A DNA stretch of 64,000 bases from a bacterium. GTDB lineage: Bacteria > UBA8248. Shown here piece after piece: positions 18,919 through 28,471 of this stretch. A program made the translations under genes and the position numbers. Positions within the stretch are counted from its first letter, which is position 1; each line of letters opens with the position of its first letter. The DNA lies in contig OY843592.1 of assembly GCA_963692865.2 (NCBI GenBank), forward strand, positions 3,040,001-3,104,000. Direction: 5' to 3'. A model generated the notes under the pieces. It was given only the letters and a program-made list of their open reading frames with translations. It searched no databases and was not told the DNA's origin.

Positions 18919-21900
18919 CTACCAGCGCAGGGAGCCGCGAAGCGCCACGCCGTGCGCCGGGTCGTCGTTCTCTCGCTCGCGCACGTCGCCCTCGACGCTC
19001 ATGCTCAGGCGCTCGCCCACCTTGAAGCGCCCGCCCAGGCGGTAGATCCCGCTCCCGCCCTCGGACACCGAGAGACCGGCGTAGGGCGTCAGCAGACCGC
19101 CCCAGGCGTCCAGCCCGTAGCCCACCTCCGCGCGCACGCGGGGGTCGAGACCCCGGACTTCCTCTTTCGCCAGGCGCGAGGCGTCCTTGAGACCCCACAG
19201 GCGCGCGGCCCCGCCGGCGGTCTCGCCCATTTCAGGCCGCACGGTGAGGGCGAGGCCCCGGCCCGCCTCCCCGGGCGCTATGCGGATCATGCCGCCCGCG
19301 CCCCAGTCCGCCGCGTCTTCCTCCTCGTGCGTGAGGAGACCGCGCGCCTTGAACTCCAGCGTGAGGCCCAGGGCCGGACTCGTGAAGCGAAGGCTCCCGC
19401 CCACCTCCACGCCCGCCCCCTCGTCCGCGTCGCCCCCGTCGTGGCGAAGGCCCGCCTCCACGGAGGGCCGGAACGCGCCGCCGTCCTTCATCGAAACCTC
19501 GCGCGAGGCCTCCAGCATCACCCGAAGGCGGGTCGCCTCCGCCGATACGGCATCGAGGCCGTCCTTCGCGTCCGCGTCCGTCTGCGCCAGCAGGACGTCG
19601 GACTTCACCGCCAGGTCGAACCCGCCCACCTTCGCGAGTTCGCCCCGAAGACCGAACGCGGCCATCCGCATCTCGATGTCGGTCTCGGCCTCGGCCTTCT
19701 GCCGGACGTCTTTCCTGTCCATCTCCAGCGTCATCTCGCCCCGGCCCATTCCCAGGACGCCCCAGGCCGTGACCCGCTCGTTCAGCGCGAAGCGCAGGTA
19801 GGGGTGCGCGCTCGTGAGCGTCGCCTCCACCCCGCTGCGGCCCCCGCTCTCGAAGCCCCCCTCGCCTCTGGCGTGAGAGAGCGCCACGCCCATGAGGACG
19901 GCGTTCTTCTCGTAGTCCACGCCCAGCATGGCCGTCGACACGTCGCCCTCGATGGCGGCCGCCCCGCCGCCCTCGAAACTCGTGCGCGCGCCCCGGCCCC
20001 AGAGCGACCAGCGTCCGCCCGGGACGGCCTCGCCCTCCCCGGCGGAGGCCAGGTGGAACGAACCGCCCCGCAGAAACTCGCTCATCGTCATCTCGCGGTA
20101 GGCGGGGGAGTCCTCCTCCCCGTTCGCCGGCCGGTTCGCGGCCCTTGCGCGCGCGAGGCCGCGGGAGTCGGTTCCACCATGCGTGAGCGAGGCGGACCCG
20201 AAGCCCGCGCCTTCTTTCGCGAGGTAGCGGTCCGGATCCGCATTCAGGTCCACGCTCCGGCCGCCGAGCGTCACCTTCGCCCCGCCCGGCGCGGGCGCGT
20301 TCATCCGGCTCGATATCATCTCCACCGCCTGGCTTCCCACCGCGCGGCCGAAGCGCGCCAGCCAGCCCCGCATCGCGGGGGGCGACCAGACGGGCGTCAC
20401 GGCGTCGGACGCCGGCGATGCCGCCCCCTCGCCGGCCGCGTTCACCGCGCGCACCTTGAACCGGTAGGCCACGCCGTTGACCAGGCTCGCGACGGTGTGG
20501 CGCCTCGTCGACGCCCCGCTGCCGGGAACGTCTCTCCAGGCCGTCTCGAAGGCGCCGCCCCCGGCCTGCTTGACGTATTGCCACTTCGTGATCGACGAGC
20601 CGCCGTCGCTCCCCGGGGTCCACGACAGCGCGACGCTGCCGTCGCCCGCCGTTGCGACCGGCTTCGACGGAGCGGAGGGCTTCGCGGCGGGCGTCAAGGC
20701 GTCCGTCGCCTCCGAAGCGGCCCCCGCGCCGAGCGCATTCACCGCGCGCACCCGGAAGCGGTAGGTAACGCCGTTGGTCAGGCCGGTGACGGTGTGGCTC
20801 GTCCTGTCCGGGCAGTCGGGTTCCATCGCCGTAACGCAGATGTCGGTCCAGACCGTCTCGAAATCGCCGTCCCCGGCCTGCTTGACGTATTGCCACTTCG
20901 TGATCGGCGAGCCGCCGTCGCTCCCCGGGGTCCACGACAGCGCGACGCTGCCGTCGCCCGCCGTTGCGACCGGCTTCGACGGAGCGGAGGGCGTCGAGAC
21001 GGGCGTCACGGCGTTCGTCGCCCCCGAAGCGGCGCCCGCGCCGAGCCTGTTCACCGCGCGCACCCGGAAGCGGTAGGTAACGCCGTTGGTCAGGCCGGTG
21101 ACGGTGTGGCTCGTCCTGTCCGGGCAGTCGGGTTCCATCGCCGTAACGCAGATGTCGGTCCAGACCGTCTCGAAATCGCCGTCCCCGGCCTGCTTGACGT
21201 ACTGCCACTTCGTGATCGACGAGCCGCCGTCGCTCCCCGGGGTCCACGACAGCGCGACGCTGCCGTCGCCCGCCGTTGCGACCGGCTTCGACGGAGCGGA
21301 GGGCTTCGCGGCGGGCGTCAAGGCGTCCGTCGCCTCCGAAGCGGCCCCCGCGCCGAGCGCATTCACCGCGCGCACCCGGAAGCGGTAGGTAACGCCGTTG
21401 GTCAGGCCGGTGACGGTGTGGCTCGTCCTGTCCGGGCAGTCGGGTTCCATCGCCGTAACGCAGATGTCGGTCCAGACCGTCTCGAAATCGCCGTCCCCGG
21501 CCTGCTTGACGTATTGCCACTTCGTGATCGGCGAGCCGCCGTCGCTCCCCGGGGTCCACGACAGCGCGACGCTGCCGTCGCCCGCCGTTGCGACCGGCTT
21601 CGACGGAGCGGAGGGCGTCGAGACGGGCGTCACGGCGTTCGTCGCCCCCGAAGCGGCGCCCGCGCCGAGCCCGTTCACCGCGCGCACCCGGAAGCGGTAG
21701 GTAACGCCGTTGGTCAGGCCGGTGACGGTGTGGCTCGTCCTGTCCGGGCAGTCGGGTTCCGTCGCCGTAACGCAGATGTCGGTCCAGACCGTCTCGAAAT
21801 CTTCGTCCCCGGCCTGCTTGACGTACTGCCACTTCGTGATCGACGAGCCGCCGTCGCTCCCCGGGGTCCACGACAGCGCGACGCTGCCGTCGCCCGCCGT

Positions 21901-24900
21901 TGCGACCGGCTTCGACGGAGCGGAGGGCTTCGCGGCGGGCGTCAAGGCGTCCGTCGCCCCCGAAGCGGCGCCCGCGCCGAGCCCGTTCACCGCGCGCACC
22001 CGGAAGCGGTAGGTAACGCCGTTGGTCAGGCCGGTGACGGTGTGGCTCGTCCTGTCCGGACAGTCGGGTTCCGTCGCCGTAACGCAGATGTCGGTCCAGA
22101 CCGTCTCGAAATCTTCGTCCCCGGCCTGCTTGACGTATTGCCACTTCGTGATCGGCGAGCCGCCGTCGCCACCCGAGGTCCAGAAGAGCGTCGCGCTGCC
22201 GTCGCCCGACACCGCGCCCGGCTGCCCGCCCGGCCCGGTTATGGAAGGCGCGGAGGGCGTCGAGACGGGCGTCACGGCGTTCGTCGCCTCCGAAGCGGCC
22301 CCCGCGCCGAGCGCATTCACCGCGCGCACCCGGAAGCGGTAGGCAACGCCGTTGGTCAGGCCGGTGACGGTGTGGCTCGTCCTGTCCGGACAGTCGGGTT
22401 CCATCGCCGTAACGCAGATGTCGGTCCAGACCGTCTCGAAATCGCCGTCCCCGGCCTGCTTGACGTATTGCCACTTCGTGATCGGCGAGCCGCCGTCGCC
22501 ACCCGAGGTCCAGAAGAGCGTCGCGCTGCCGTCGCCCGCCACCGCGCCCGGCTGCCCGCCCGGCCCGGTTATGGAAGGCGCGGAGGGCGCCCCGACGGGC
22601 GTCACGGCGTTCGTCGCCCCCGAAGCGGCGCCCGCGCCGAGCCTGTTCACCGCGCGCACCCGGAAGCGGTAGGCAACGCCGTTGGTCAGGCCGGTGACGG
22701 TGTGGCTCCTCCTGTCCGGGCAGTCGGGTTCCGTCGCCGTAACGCAGATGTCGGTCCAGAACGTCTCGAAATCTTCGTCCCCGGCCTGCTTGACGTACTG
22801 CCACTTCGTGATCGACGAGCCGCCGTCGCCCCCCGAGGTCCAGAAGAACGTCGCGCTGCCGTCGCCCGCCACCGCGCCCGGCTGCCCGCCCGGCCCGGTG
22901 ATGAAAGGCGCGGAGGGCGTCGAGACGGGGTTGGAGGGCCTCACGGCGTCCGACTCGGGCGAAGCGGCGCCGTCGCCCTCGCCGTTCACCGCGCGCACCT
23001 TGAACCTGTATTCCGTGCCGAAGGCGAGGCCGGTGACGGTGTGCTTGGCCCTCTCCGGGCAGTCGGGTTGCGTCGCCGTAACGCAGATGTCGGTCCAGTC
23101 CGTCTCGAAATCTTCGTCCCCGGCCTTCTTGACGTACTGCCACTTCGTGATCGGGTGGCCGCCGTCGCCCCGCGATATCCAGGTCAGCGCGACGCTGCCG
23201 GCGCCGGCGGTCGCGCCCGGCTTCTCCGGCGGGGGGGGCGGCCCGGTGAGCGCCAGTTCGATCGATTCGGGCGAAGCGGCGCCGCCGCCGATCGCGTTCA
23301 CCGCGCGCACCTTGAACTTGTAGGACGTCCCGTTGAACAGGCCCGTCACGGTGTGAGCGTTGAAGAATACTTGCCGGCAGTCGGGGAGCGTATCGTGATC
23401 CGAGGCCATCGCGCAGGCGTCGGTCCAGCTTCCGTAGCCGCCGTAGTTCCCACCGGGCGGCTTGGACGCGAAGGCGTATTGAAACTTCGTGATCCCCGTT
23501 CCGCCGTCGCTCGGCGAGAACCAGTAAAGATTTACGCTCGCGTCGCCCGCCGTCACCGGGTAAAACGAAATCCAAGACGGCGTACCGGGCGGCGCGGCGG
23601 GCGTCACGGCGTTCGATTCGGGCGAATCGACGCCGGGGCCGCCGGTATTCACCGCGCGCACCTTGAACTTGTAGGTATTGCCGTTAATCAGGCCGGTGAC
23701 GGTGTGGCTGGTCCTGTTCGGGCAGGTGGCGTCCTGTGAGGTCTCGCAGATGTCGCTCCAGCTGCCGTAGCCGTAACTCTGCTTGTAGGCGTACTGCCAC
23801 TTCGTGATCGCCGATCCGCCGGCTCCCCCCGAGGTCCACGACAGCGTGACGCTTCGGTCGCCGGGGGTCACCCCCGGCTTCGAGGGCGCGGGGGGCGTCT
23901 CGATCTCGATGAAGTCCGTCTTCGAGAAATCCCGGCCCTCGACGCTCTGGGAGGATTTCAGGGAGACGTTCCACCTGCCGTTCCGAGCCGTGTTACCGGT
24001 GTTGCCATCCTCGTCGTGCAGCGTCGTCCCGTTCAGGACGATGGTCGTCACGCCGCCGTCGTTCATGATGTAGTCGTCCCCGAAGACCTGCGCCATCGTG
24101 CGCCCGTCGAGGGTGAGGCTCACGTGGAGCGCGGGGGCGGTCTCCGTGGCGAGCTTCCTCGCCGCGCGAATCGCCGCGCCCGACGCCGCCCGCAGACTTG
24201 CGTCCTTCCCGATGACCACCTTGCCCCCGCCGGAGAGATACACCCCCGCCGCGTCGCCCGAGCCGCCCGTCACCGAACCGTTCACCGTCACCGTCTGTTG
24301 TCGGTAGCCGTCCGTCCCCAGCTTCGCCGCGAGCTCCAGGGCTTGCGTCGTACTGTTGAACCCGCCTATCCGGACGCCGCTCGCCTTCGCTCCCGAAGCG
24401 GTGAGCGAAGCCCCCGCGCCGATGGAGATCGCTATCGTCCCCTCGCCCGTCCGATGCCCGGCGTAGACGCCGTGGGCGTCCGCGCCCGTCGTCGTGACAC
24501 TGGTGGAGGCGCCCCGAACGTCCAGGTCGATGTCGCCGCCGGCGCCGGTATGGACGCCGTATGCGCCGTGGGAATCCGCGCCGCCCGTGGTGATGGAGGC
24601 GCCGCCCGCCACGTCGATCTCCAAATTGCCCTTGCTGTTCGAGCTTTCGTTGTAATGCCAGGCGAATATCCCGTGGGCGTCGTCGCCCTCCGTCTCGATG
24701 GAGGCGCCGTCAAGGCCCAGATCGACGTTGGCCGACTTCGTCGCCGATGCTATTCCATAATGCAGGCCGTATATCCCGTGGGAGCCGTCTTTCTTCGTGT
24801 TGATCGACGCGCTGCCCGCCACGTCGATCTCGATGTCGCCGTAGATGGGGCCGGTGTTCGAAAGTATGGCATGCCAGGCGGAAATCCCGTGGGACCTCTC

Positions 24901-25593
24901 GCCCTCCGTGGTGATGGAAGCGCTGCCCGCCACGTCGATGTCGGTGTCGCCCTCGATCGTGGCGGTTTGGGTGCTGTCATACTGAAAGGCGTATATCCCG
25001 TCGGCTTCGTCGCCCTTCGTGGTAATCGACGCGCTGCCCGCCACGTCGATGTCGATTTTGCCATCCGCTTTGAAGCCCGGACCCGAGCCTATGTAGTGGT
25101 AGCCGTATATCCCGTGGGAGTCGTCGGAATTCGTGGTGATCGAAGCGCTGCCCTCCACGAGGATTTTGCCGTCCCGTTTGGTCAGGCCGTAGACGCCGTA
25201 TCCTTCATTCGTGGTGGAGGTCAACGTGATCGAGGCGGCTCCATCCACGGTGATGTCGTAGTCGCCGTTGCCCTGGTGCCGGGCCCAGACGCCGTGGATA
25301 TTGCCGGCGTTCGGCGCCGCCGTGGAGATGACGCCGCCCGTCACGTCGATGTCGATGTCGCCCGTATTCTGGTGGTTGCCGTAGACGGCGTGGTTGTCCG
25401 ACGTGGTGATGTCGAAGTTCGTCAGGTCGATGGCCAGGTCGCCGCTCGTCGTCTTCACGCACTTTACCCTTTTCCCGGCCGTGGGGTTGCCCGAAGCGGG
25501 GCATTCCTCCTGCTGCTGGGCCGTAGCCGGCCCGGCGCAGAGGATCAGGGCGGCGGCCAGGGCGACGGCGCCCGCGAGAACCCGCGCACTCAC
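18919..25593 (-). CDS. Giant autotransporter/adhesin: beta-helix-like repeats, 11 FN3 domains, C-terminal beta-barrel
   Basis: Signal-peptide h-region and ATA cleavage site; repeated DIDVAGSASITT.G..AHGIY; FN3 units (V.LSW...Y.FRVRAVN..G.G.AS); WLARFGRAVG linker; terminal GSLRW. Confidence 0.9.
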   Translation of the reverse strand: MSARVLAGAVALAAALILCAGPATAQQQEECPASGNPTAGKRVKCVKTTSGDLAIDLTNFDITTSDNHAVYGNHQNTGDIDIDVTGGVISTAAPNAGNIHGVWARHQGNGDYDITVDGAASITLTSTTNEGYGVYGLTKRDGKILVEGSASITTNSDDSHGIYGYHYIGSGPGFKADGKIDIDVAGSASITTKGDEADGIYAFQYDSTQTATIEGDTDIDVAGSASITTEGERSHGISAWHAILSNTGPIYGDIEIDVAGSASINTKKDGSHGIYGLHYGIASATKSANVDLGLDGASIETEGDDAHGIFAWHYNESSNSKGNLEIDVAGGASITTGGADSHGAYGVHTGAGGDIDLDVRGASTSVTTTGADAHGVYAGHRTGEGTIAISIGAGASLTASGAKASGVRIGGFNSTTQALELAAKLGTDGYRQQTVTVNGSVTGGSGDAAGVYLSGGGKVVIGKDASLRAASGAAIRAARKLATETAPALHVSLTLDGRTMAQVFGDDYIMNDGGVTTIVLNGTTLHDEDGNTGNTARNGRWNVSLKSSQSVEGRDFSKTDFIEIETPPAPSKPGVTPGDRSVTLSWTSGGAGGSAITKWQYAYKQSYGYGSWSDICETSQDATCPNRTSHTVTGLINGNTYKFKVRAVNTGGPGVDSPESNAVTPAAPPGTPSWISFYPVTAGDASVNLYWFSPSDGGTGITKFQYAFASKPPGGNYGGYGSWTDACAMASDHDTLPDCRQVFFNAHTVTGLFNGTSYKFKVRAVNAIGGGAASPESIELALTGPPPPPEKPGATAGAGSVALTWISRGDGGHPITKWQYVKKAGDEDFETDWTDICVTATQPDCPERAKHTVTGLAFGTEYRFKVRAVNGEGDGAASPESDAVRPSNPVSTPSAPFITGPGGQPGAVAGDGSATFFWTSGGDGGSSITKWQYVKQAGDEDFETFWTDICVTATEPDCPDRRSHTVTGLTNGVAYRFRVRAVNRLGAGAASGATNAVTPVGAPSAPSITGPGGQPGAVAGDGSATLFWTSGGDGGSPITKWQYVKQAGDGDFETVWTDICVTAMEPDCPDRTSHTVTGLTNGVAYRFRVRAVNALGAGAASEATNAVTPVSTPSAPSITGPGGQPGAVSGDGSATLFWTSGGDGGSPITKWQYVKQAGDEDFETVWTDICVTATEPDCPDRTSHTVTGLTNGVTYRFRVRAVNGLGAGAASGATDALTPAAKPSAPSKPVATAGDGSVALSWTPGSDGGSSITKWQYVKQAGDEDFETVWTDICVTATEPDCPDRTSHTVTGLTNGVTYRFRVRAVNGLGAGAASGATNAVTPVSTPSAPSKPVATAGDGSVALSWTPGSDGGSPITKWQYVKQAGDGDFETVWTDICVTAMEPDCPDRTSHTVTGLTNGVTYRFRVRAVNALGAGAASEATDALTPAAKPSAPSKPVATAGDGSVALSWTPGSDGGSSITKWQYVKQAGDGDFETVWTDICVTAMEPDCPDRTSHTVTGLTNGVTYRFRVRAVNRLGAGAASGATNAVTPVSTPSAPSKPVATAGDGSVALSWTPGSDGGSPITKWQYVKQAGDGDFETVWTDICVTAMEPDCPDRTSHTVTGLTNGVTYRFRVRAVNALGAGAASEATDALTPAAKPSAPSKPVATAGDGSVALSWTPGSDGGSSITKWQYVKQAGGGAFETAWRDVPGSGASTRRHTVASLVNGVAYRFKVRAVNAAGEGAASPASDAVTPVWSPPAMRGWLARFGRAVGSQAVEMISSRMNAPAPGGAKVTLGGRSVDLNADPDRYLAKEGAGFGSASLTHGGTDSRGLARARAANRPANGEEDSPAYREMTMSEFLRGGSFHLASAGEGEAVPGGRWSLWGRGARTSFEGGGAAAIEGDVSTAMLGVDYEKNAVLMGVALSHARGEGGFESGGRSGVEATLTSAHPYLRFALNERVTAWGVLGMGRGEMTLEMDRKDVRQKAEAETDIEMRMAAFGLRGELAKVGGFDLAVKSDVLLAQTDADAKDGLDAVSAEATRLRVMLEASREVSMKDGGAFRPSVEAGLRHDGGDADEGAGVEVGGSLRFTSPALGLTLEFKARGLLTHEEEDAADWGAGGMIRIAPGEAGRGLALTVRPEMGETAGGAARLWGLKDASRLAKEEVRGLDPRVRAEVGYGLDAWGGLLTPYAGLSVSEGGSGIYRLGGRFKVGERLSMSVEGDVRERENDDPAHGVALRGSLRW
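20400..23020 (-). repeat. Intragenic tandem FN3-coding repeats, period 312/330 bp
   Basis: Near-identical antisense ORFs start at 20774, 21086, 21398, 21710, 22022, 22352 and 22682. Confidence 0.95.
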
Positions 25594-25772
25594 GCCGCGC
25601 CTCTTCTTTGGAGACTGGAGACTGGAGACTGGAGACTGGAGACTGGAGACTGGAGACTGGAGACTGGAGACTGGAGACTGGAGACTGGAGACTGGAGACT
25701 GGAGACTGGAGACTGGAATTTCATGATATCACGTTTCGGAGAGCGGATAAACGCCGGCTTGGAAGCATTCAT
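25590..25772 (-). CDS. Leader ORF spanning the SSR (probable true N-terminus of the autotransporter, currently out of frame)
   Basis: AAGGAGG 6 nt before ATG 25772; MNASKP...MKFQ then SPVSSLQ repeats, ending RRGAA*; its TGA overlaps GTG 25593. Confidence 0.65.
   Translation of the reverse strand: MNASKPAFIRSPKRDIMKFQSPVSSLQSPVSSLQSPVSSLQSPVSSLQSPVSSLQRRGAA
25609..25717. repeat. Heptanucleotide simple sequence repeat (TGGAGAC)15 plus TGGA
   Basis: Counted directly: 25609-25713 is 105 nt, 15 perfect units. Confidence 0.98.
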
Positions 25773-26293
25773 GACCAACCTCCTTGAGCGTCGTTCCCGA
25801 TTCGGTCACACCGCATGAAGCGAGGAAGCCGGAATCCCGGCTTCTGTGCCGAATCGCTTGAATTATTTTAACCTCAACCCTAACTTCGTCGCGGAATTGG
25901 TTAAATTATTTTGATTTTTATATTTTTAGCACACTGATATGGCGCATTGCAATACGATCGTTTGATTAACGAGGGGGCGGGGCCGCGGCTTGTCCTCAAG
26001 GGAGGCCGACACCTTGCGGAAGGCGCGAAGCTTCGCAGGGCCGGATATGACCGCGGGGCAGGCGCGGGAGCCTCGAACAGGCGCAGGGGCGCCTGTCTCT
26101 ATGGGGGCGCATTCTATATCCGCAGGGGGCAGTCCCGAGGAGGAGCGGCCCCGGGTATGCGTAATTCCTCACTCTTCGAGGTTGTTGAAAAGGGAATTGT
26201 AGAGAATAGTTGACAAACATATTTCGTCAACCTGATTATACTCTTGCCGGCGAGTTGGGGAAACTGGATGGCTGGAATGAAAGGACGGAAGCA

Positions 26294-26491
26294 ATGACAA
26301 CCTACGAAACATTAAATCTCCTGTCATCGCTTCCCATGCCGATAGTTGTAAGTGTCGGCATTTATGCAATGGCTCAAGCAAACAACAAAAGAGCGGAGGC
26401 AGGCAAAAAAACTGAAGATGCGCTTACGGAAGCCATCGCAGGATTACGTGATGCCAATCGAGCCTTGCGAGAAATTTTGGAAAAGAAATAA
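26294..26491 (+). CDS. Small hypothetical protein (hydrophobic segment plus predicted coiled coil, 65 aa)
   Basis: AAGGA upstream of the ATG; LSSLPMPIVVSVGIYAMA followed by a charged helix; AT-richer than its flanks. Confidence 0.55.
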   Translation: MTTYETLNLLSSLPMPIVVSVGIYAMAQANNKRAEAGKKTEDALTEAIAGLRDANRALREILEKK

Positions 26492-26560
26492 TCCTGTGCG
26501 ACCCGGAATGCTTGCTCCGCAAAAAGATTCGAGATATCTGGTCAAGTAAAATTGATAACT

Positions 26561-26790
26561 CCCGTTGAAAAAGCCGGAGAGAGACAATTTGTTTGTAGGT
26601 GATAACCTCTCCTCGGGGTTGTCCCGCGCATATCATGCGGCCCGCCTTGTAGAGGCGAAAATCAGGGCCGCATGATATGTCAGACATATATGCCTGACCT
26701 ACAAAAACCATTCCTCGTCGGTCGCATCGAACCCTCGTTCATCAGGACTTTTTAACAGGCCCCCTTCAGGGCCGTTGAAAAAGTCCCGGA
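26561..26790. mobile_element. MITE related to 14987-15168, with inverted internal REP doublet
   Basis: Shares GTTGAAAAAGCCGGAGAGAGACAATTTGTTTGTAG and CTACAAAAACC...TCGTTCATCAGGACTTTTT. Confidence 0.75.
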
Positions 26791-26801
26791 CGAACCGCCC
26801 G

Positions 26802-27368
26802 CTACGCCGACTTCACGCGCTCGATGTATTCACCCGTGCGCGTGTCTATCTTGAGCACGTCGCCCTCGTTCAGGAACAGGGGCACGGTGACCACCGCGCC
26901 CGTCTCCAGTTCCGCCTGCTTGGTCGCGCCCGTCGCCGTATCGCCACGCACGCCGGGTTCGGTCTTCTTGATGGCCAGCTCCACGAACGTGGGCATTTCG
27001 ACCGAAATCGCGTCGCCCTTGTGGAAGAGGATGTCGACTACCGTCTCCTCGCGCAGGAGTTTGACGCTCTCGCCAAGCTTCTCCTCCCCCAGCCCGGTCT
27101 GGTCGTAGGTTTGCGTATCCATGAAATAGAATACGTCGCCGTCGCGGTAGAGATACTGCATCTGTTTCTGCTCGATCCCGGGGTCGCCGACGGACTCGCC
27201 CGAGCGGAACGTCTTCTCCAGAACGCGGCCGGTTCTCAGATTCTTGAGTTTCGTGCGCACGAAGGCCCCGCCCTTGCCGGGTTTTACGTGCTGGAACTCC
27301 ACGATGACGAACGGCTCGTTTTCGAGCTCGATTTTCAGTCCGTTACGGAAATCACTTGTCGAGGGCAT
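26802..27368 (-). CDS. efp: Elongation factor P
   Basis: HVKPGKGGAFVRTK, TEPGVRGDTA, VPLFLNEG..KIDTRTGEY. Confidence 0.98.
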   Translation of the reverse strand: MPSTSDFRNGLKIELENEPFVIVEFQHVKPGKGGAFVRTKLKNLRTGRVLEKTFRSGESVGDPGIEQKQMQYLYRDGDVFYFMDTQTYDQTGLGEEKLGESVKLLREETVVDILFHKGDAISVEMPTFVELAIKKTEPGVRGDTATGATKQAELETGAVVTVPLFLNEGDVLKIDTRTGEYIERVKSA

Positions 27369-27400
27369 CTGTCCGAAAAACCTCCTGATGATGAAAATGG

Positions 27401-28471
27401 CTACAAGACGACGAGTTCCTTCGTGATCGAGCGGGTGAGCACCTCCCTGCCCCGCTCGGTGACGAGAACCATATCCTCGATTCTCACGCCGCCCCAGCGG
27501 GGCAGATAGATGCCGGGCTCCACCGTCACCACCATGCCGGGCCGGAGCTCCTCCCTGACGCCGGGACCGAGCCTGGGGGCTTCGTGGATGTCGAGCCCCA
27601 CGCCGTGGCCCGTGCCGTGCCCGAAAGCCTCGCCGTAGCCGTACGCTGTGATGACGTCGCGGGCGGCCCTATCCACCTCCCCGCAGGGGACGCCCGGCCG
27701 CACGGCTTCCAGCGCCGTCATCTGGGCTTCGAGGACGACGTTATATATCTTCTCTCCCTTGGGCGACGGCTTTCCCAGCGAGAACACCCGCGTCGTATCC
27801 GCATGGTAGCCCGACACCACGGCCCCGAAATCGACCGTGATGAGGTCGCCTTTTTTGAGTTTGCGCGAGGAGGCGATGCCGTGCGGGAGGGCCGAGCGCG
27901 GCCCCGAGGCGACGATGGTGTCGAAAGAAGCGCCCGAGGCGCCCCTTCTCCTCATCGCGGTTTCGAGATCGAGCGCGACTTCCGACTCGGCGCGGCCCGG
28001 ACGAATCGACGCCGAAACCTCCTGCAGGGCCCCCGCGTTCACCCGCGCGCCTTTTTTGAGTTTTTTGATCTCGCCCGAATCCTTGCAGAGCCTCAAACCC
28101 TCCACGAGGCCCGAGACGGGTTTCAGGCGCACGCCCTTCACGAGCCTTCGCATCTGCCGATACGCCCCGTGGACGAGGTGCGCTTCTTCGAAGCCGAGCG
28201 TCTTCGCCCTCGTTTTCTTGAGTTCCGCCGCTATCCCCGGAAGCGGGGAGGGGTGCTCGGCGCGGCGAAAACCGGGCGGCGCCTCTTTCGCCGCCTGCGA
28301 GCGGTAGCGGAAATCCGTGATGAAGACGGCGCTCCTCGGGAGGATCAGGCATGCGCCCGCAGAACCCGTGAACCCGGTGAGATAGTGGAGGTTCTTCCTG
28401 TTCGTCACGGCGAGGGCCGCGAGGCCTTCGCGCCGCATCGCCTTTCTCAGGGCGCCCAGACGCTGCCTCAT
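27401..28471 (-). CDS. Xaa-Pro aminopeptidase (M24 family)
   Basis: [22 protein letters not shown]...[28 protein letters not shown]; ATG at 28471. Confidence 0.93.
   Translation of the reverse strand: MRQRLGALRKAMRREGLAALAVTNRKNLHYLTGFTGSAGACLILPRSAVFITDFRYRSQAAKEAPPGFRRAEHPSPLPGIAAELKKTRAKTLGFEEAHLVHGAYRQMRRLVKGVRLKPVSGLVEGLRLCKDSGEIKKLKKGARVNAGALQEVSASIRPGRAESEVALDLETAMRRRGASGASFDTIVASGPRSALPHGIASSRKLKKGDLITVDFGAVVSGYHADTTRVFSLGKPSPKGEKIYNVVLEAQMTALEAVRPGVPCGEVDRAARDVITAYGYGEAFGHGTGHGVGLDIHEAPRLGPGVREELRPGMVVTVEPGIYLPRWGGVRIEDMVLVTERGREVLTRSITKELVVL

Noticed and set aside
20400-23020. Diversity-generating retroelement template/variable repeats
   Set aside because: No reverse transcriptase in the window; the differences are shared block variants in a tandem coding array.
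25609-25717. Possible CRISPR array
   Set aside because: Pure heptamer repeat without spacers; the REP clusters also lack regular repeat-spacer periodicity, and no cas gene is present.
18838-25818. Very long alternative ORFs (18838..23739 +, 19232..23575 -, 24016..25818 +)
   Set aside because: Arg/Gly/Ala-rich shadow frames of the GC-rich repetitive autotransporter; no domain signal.
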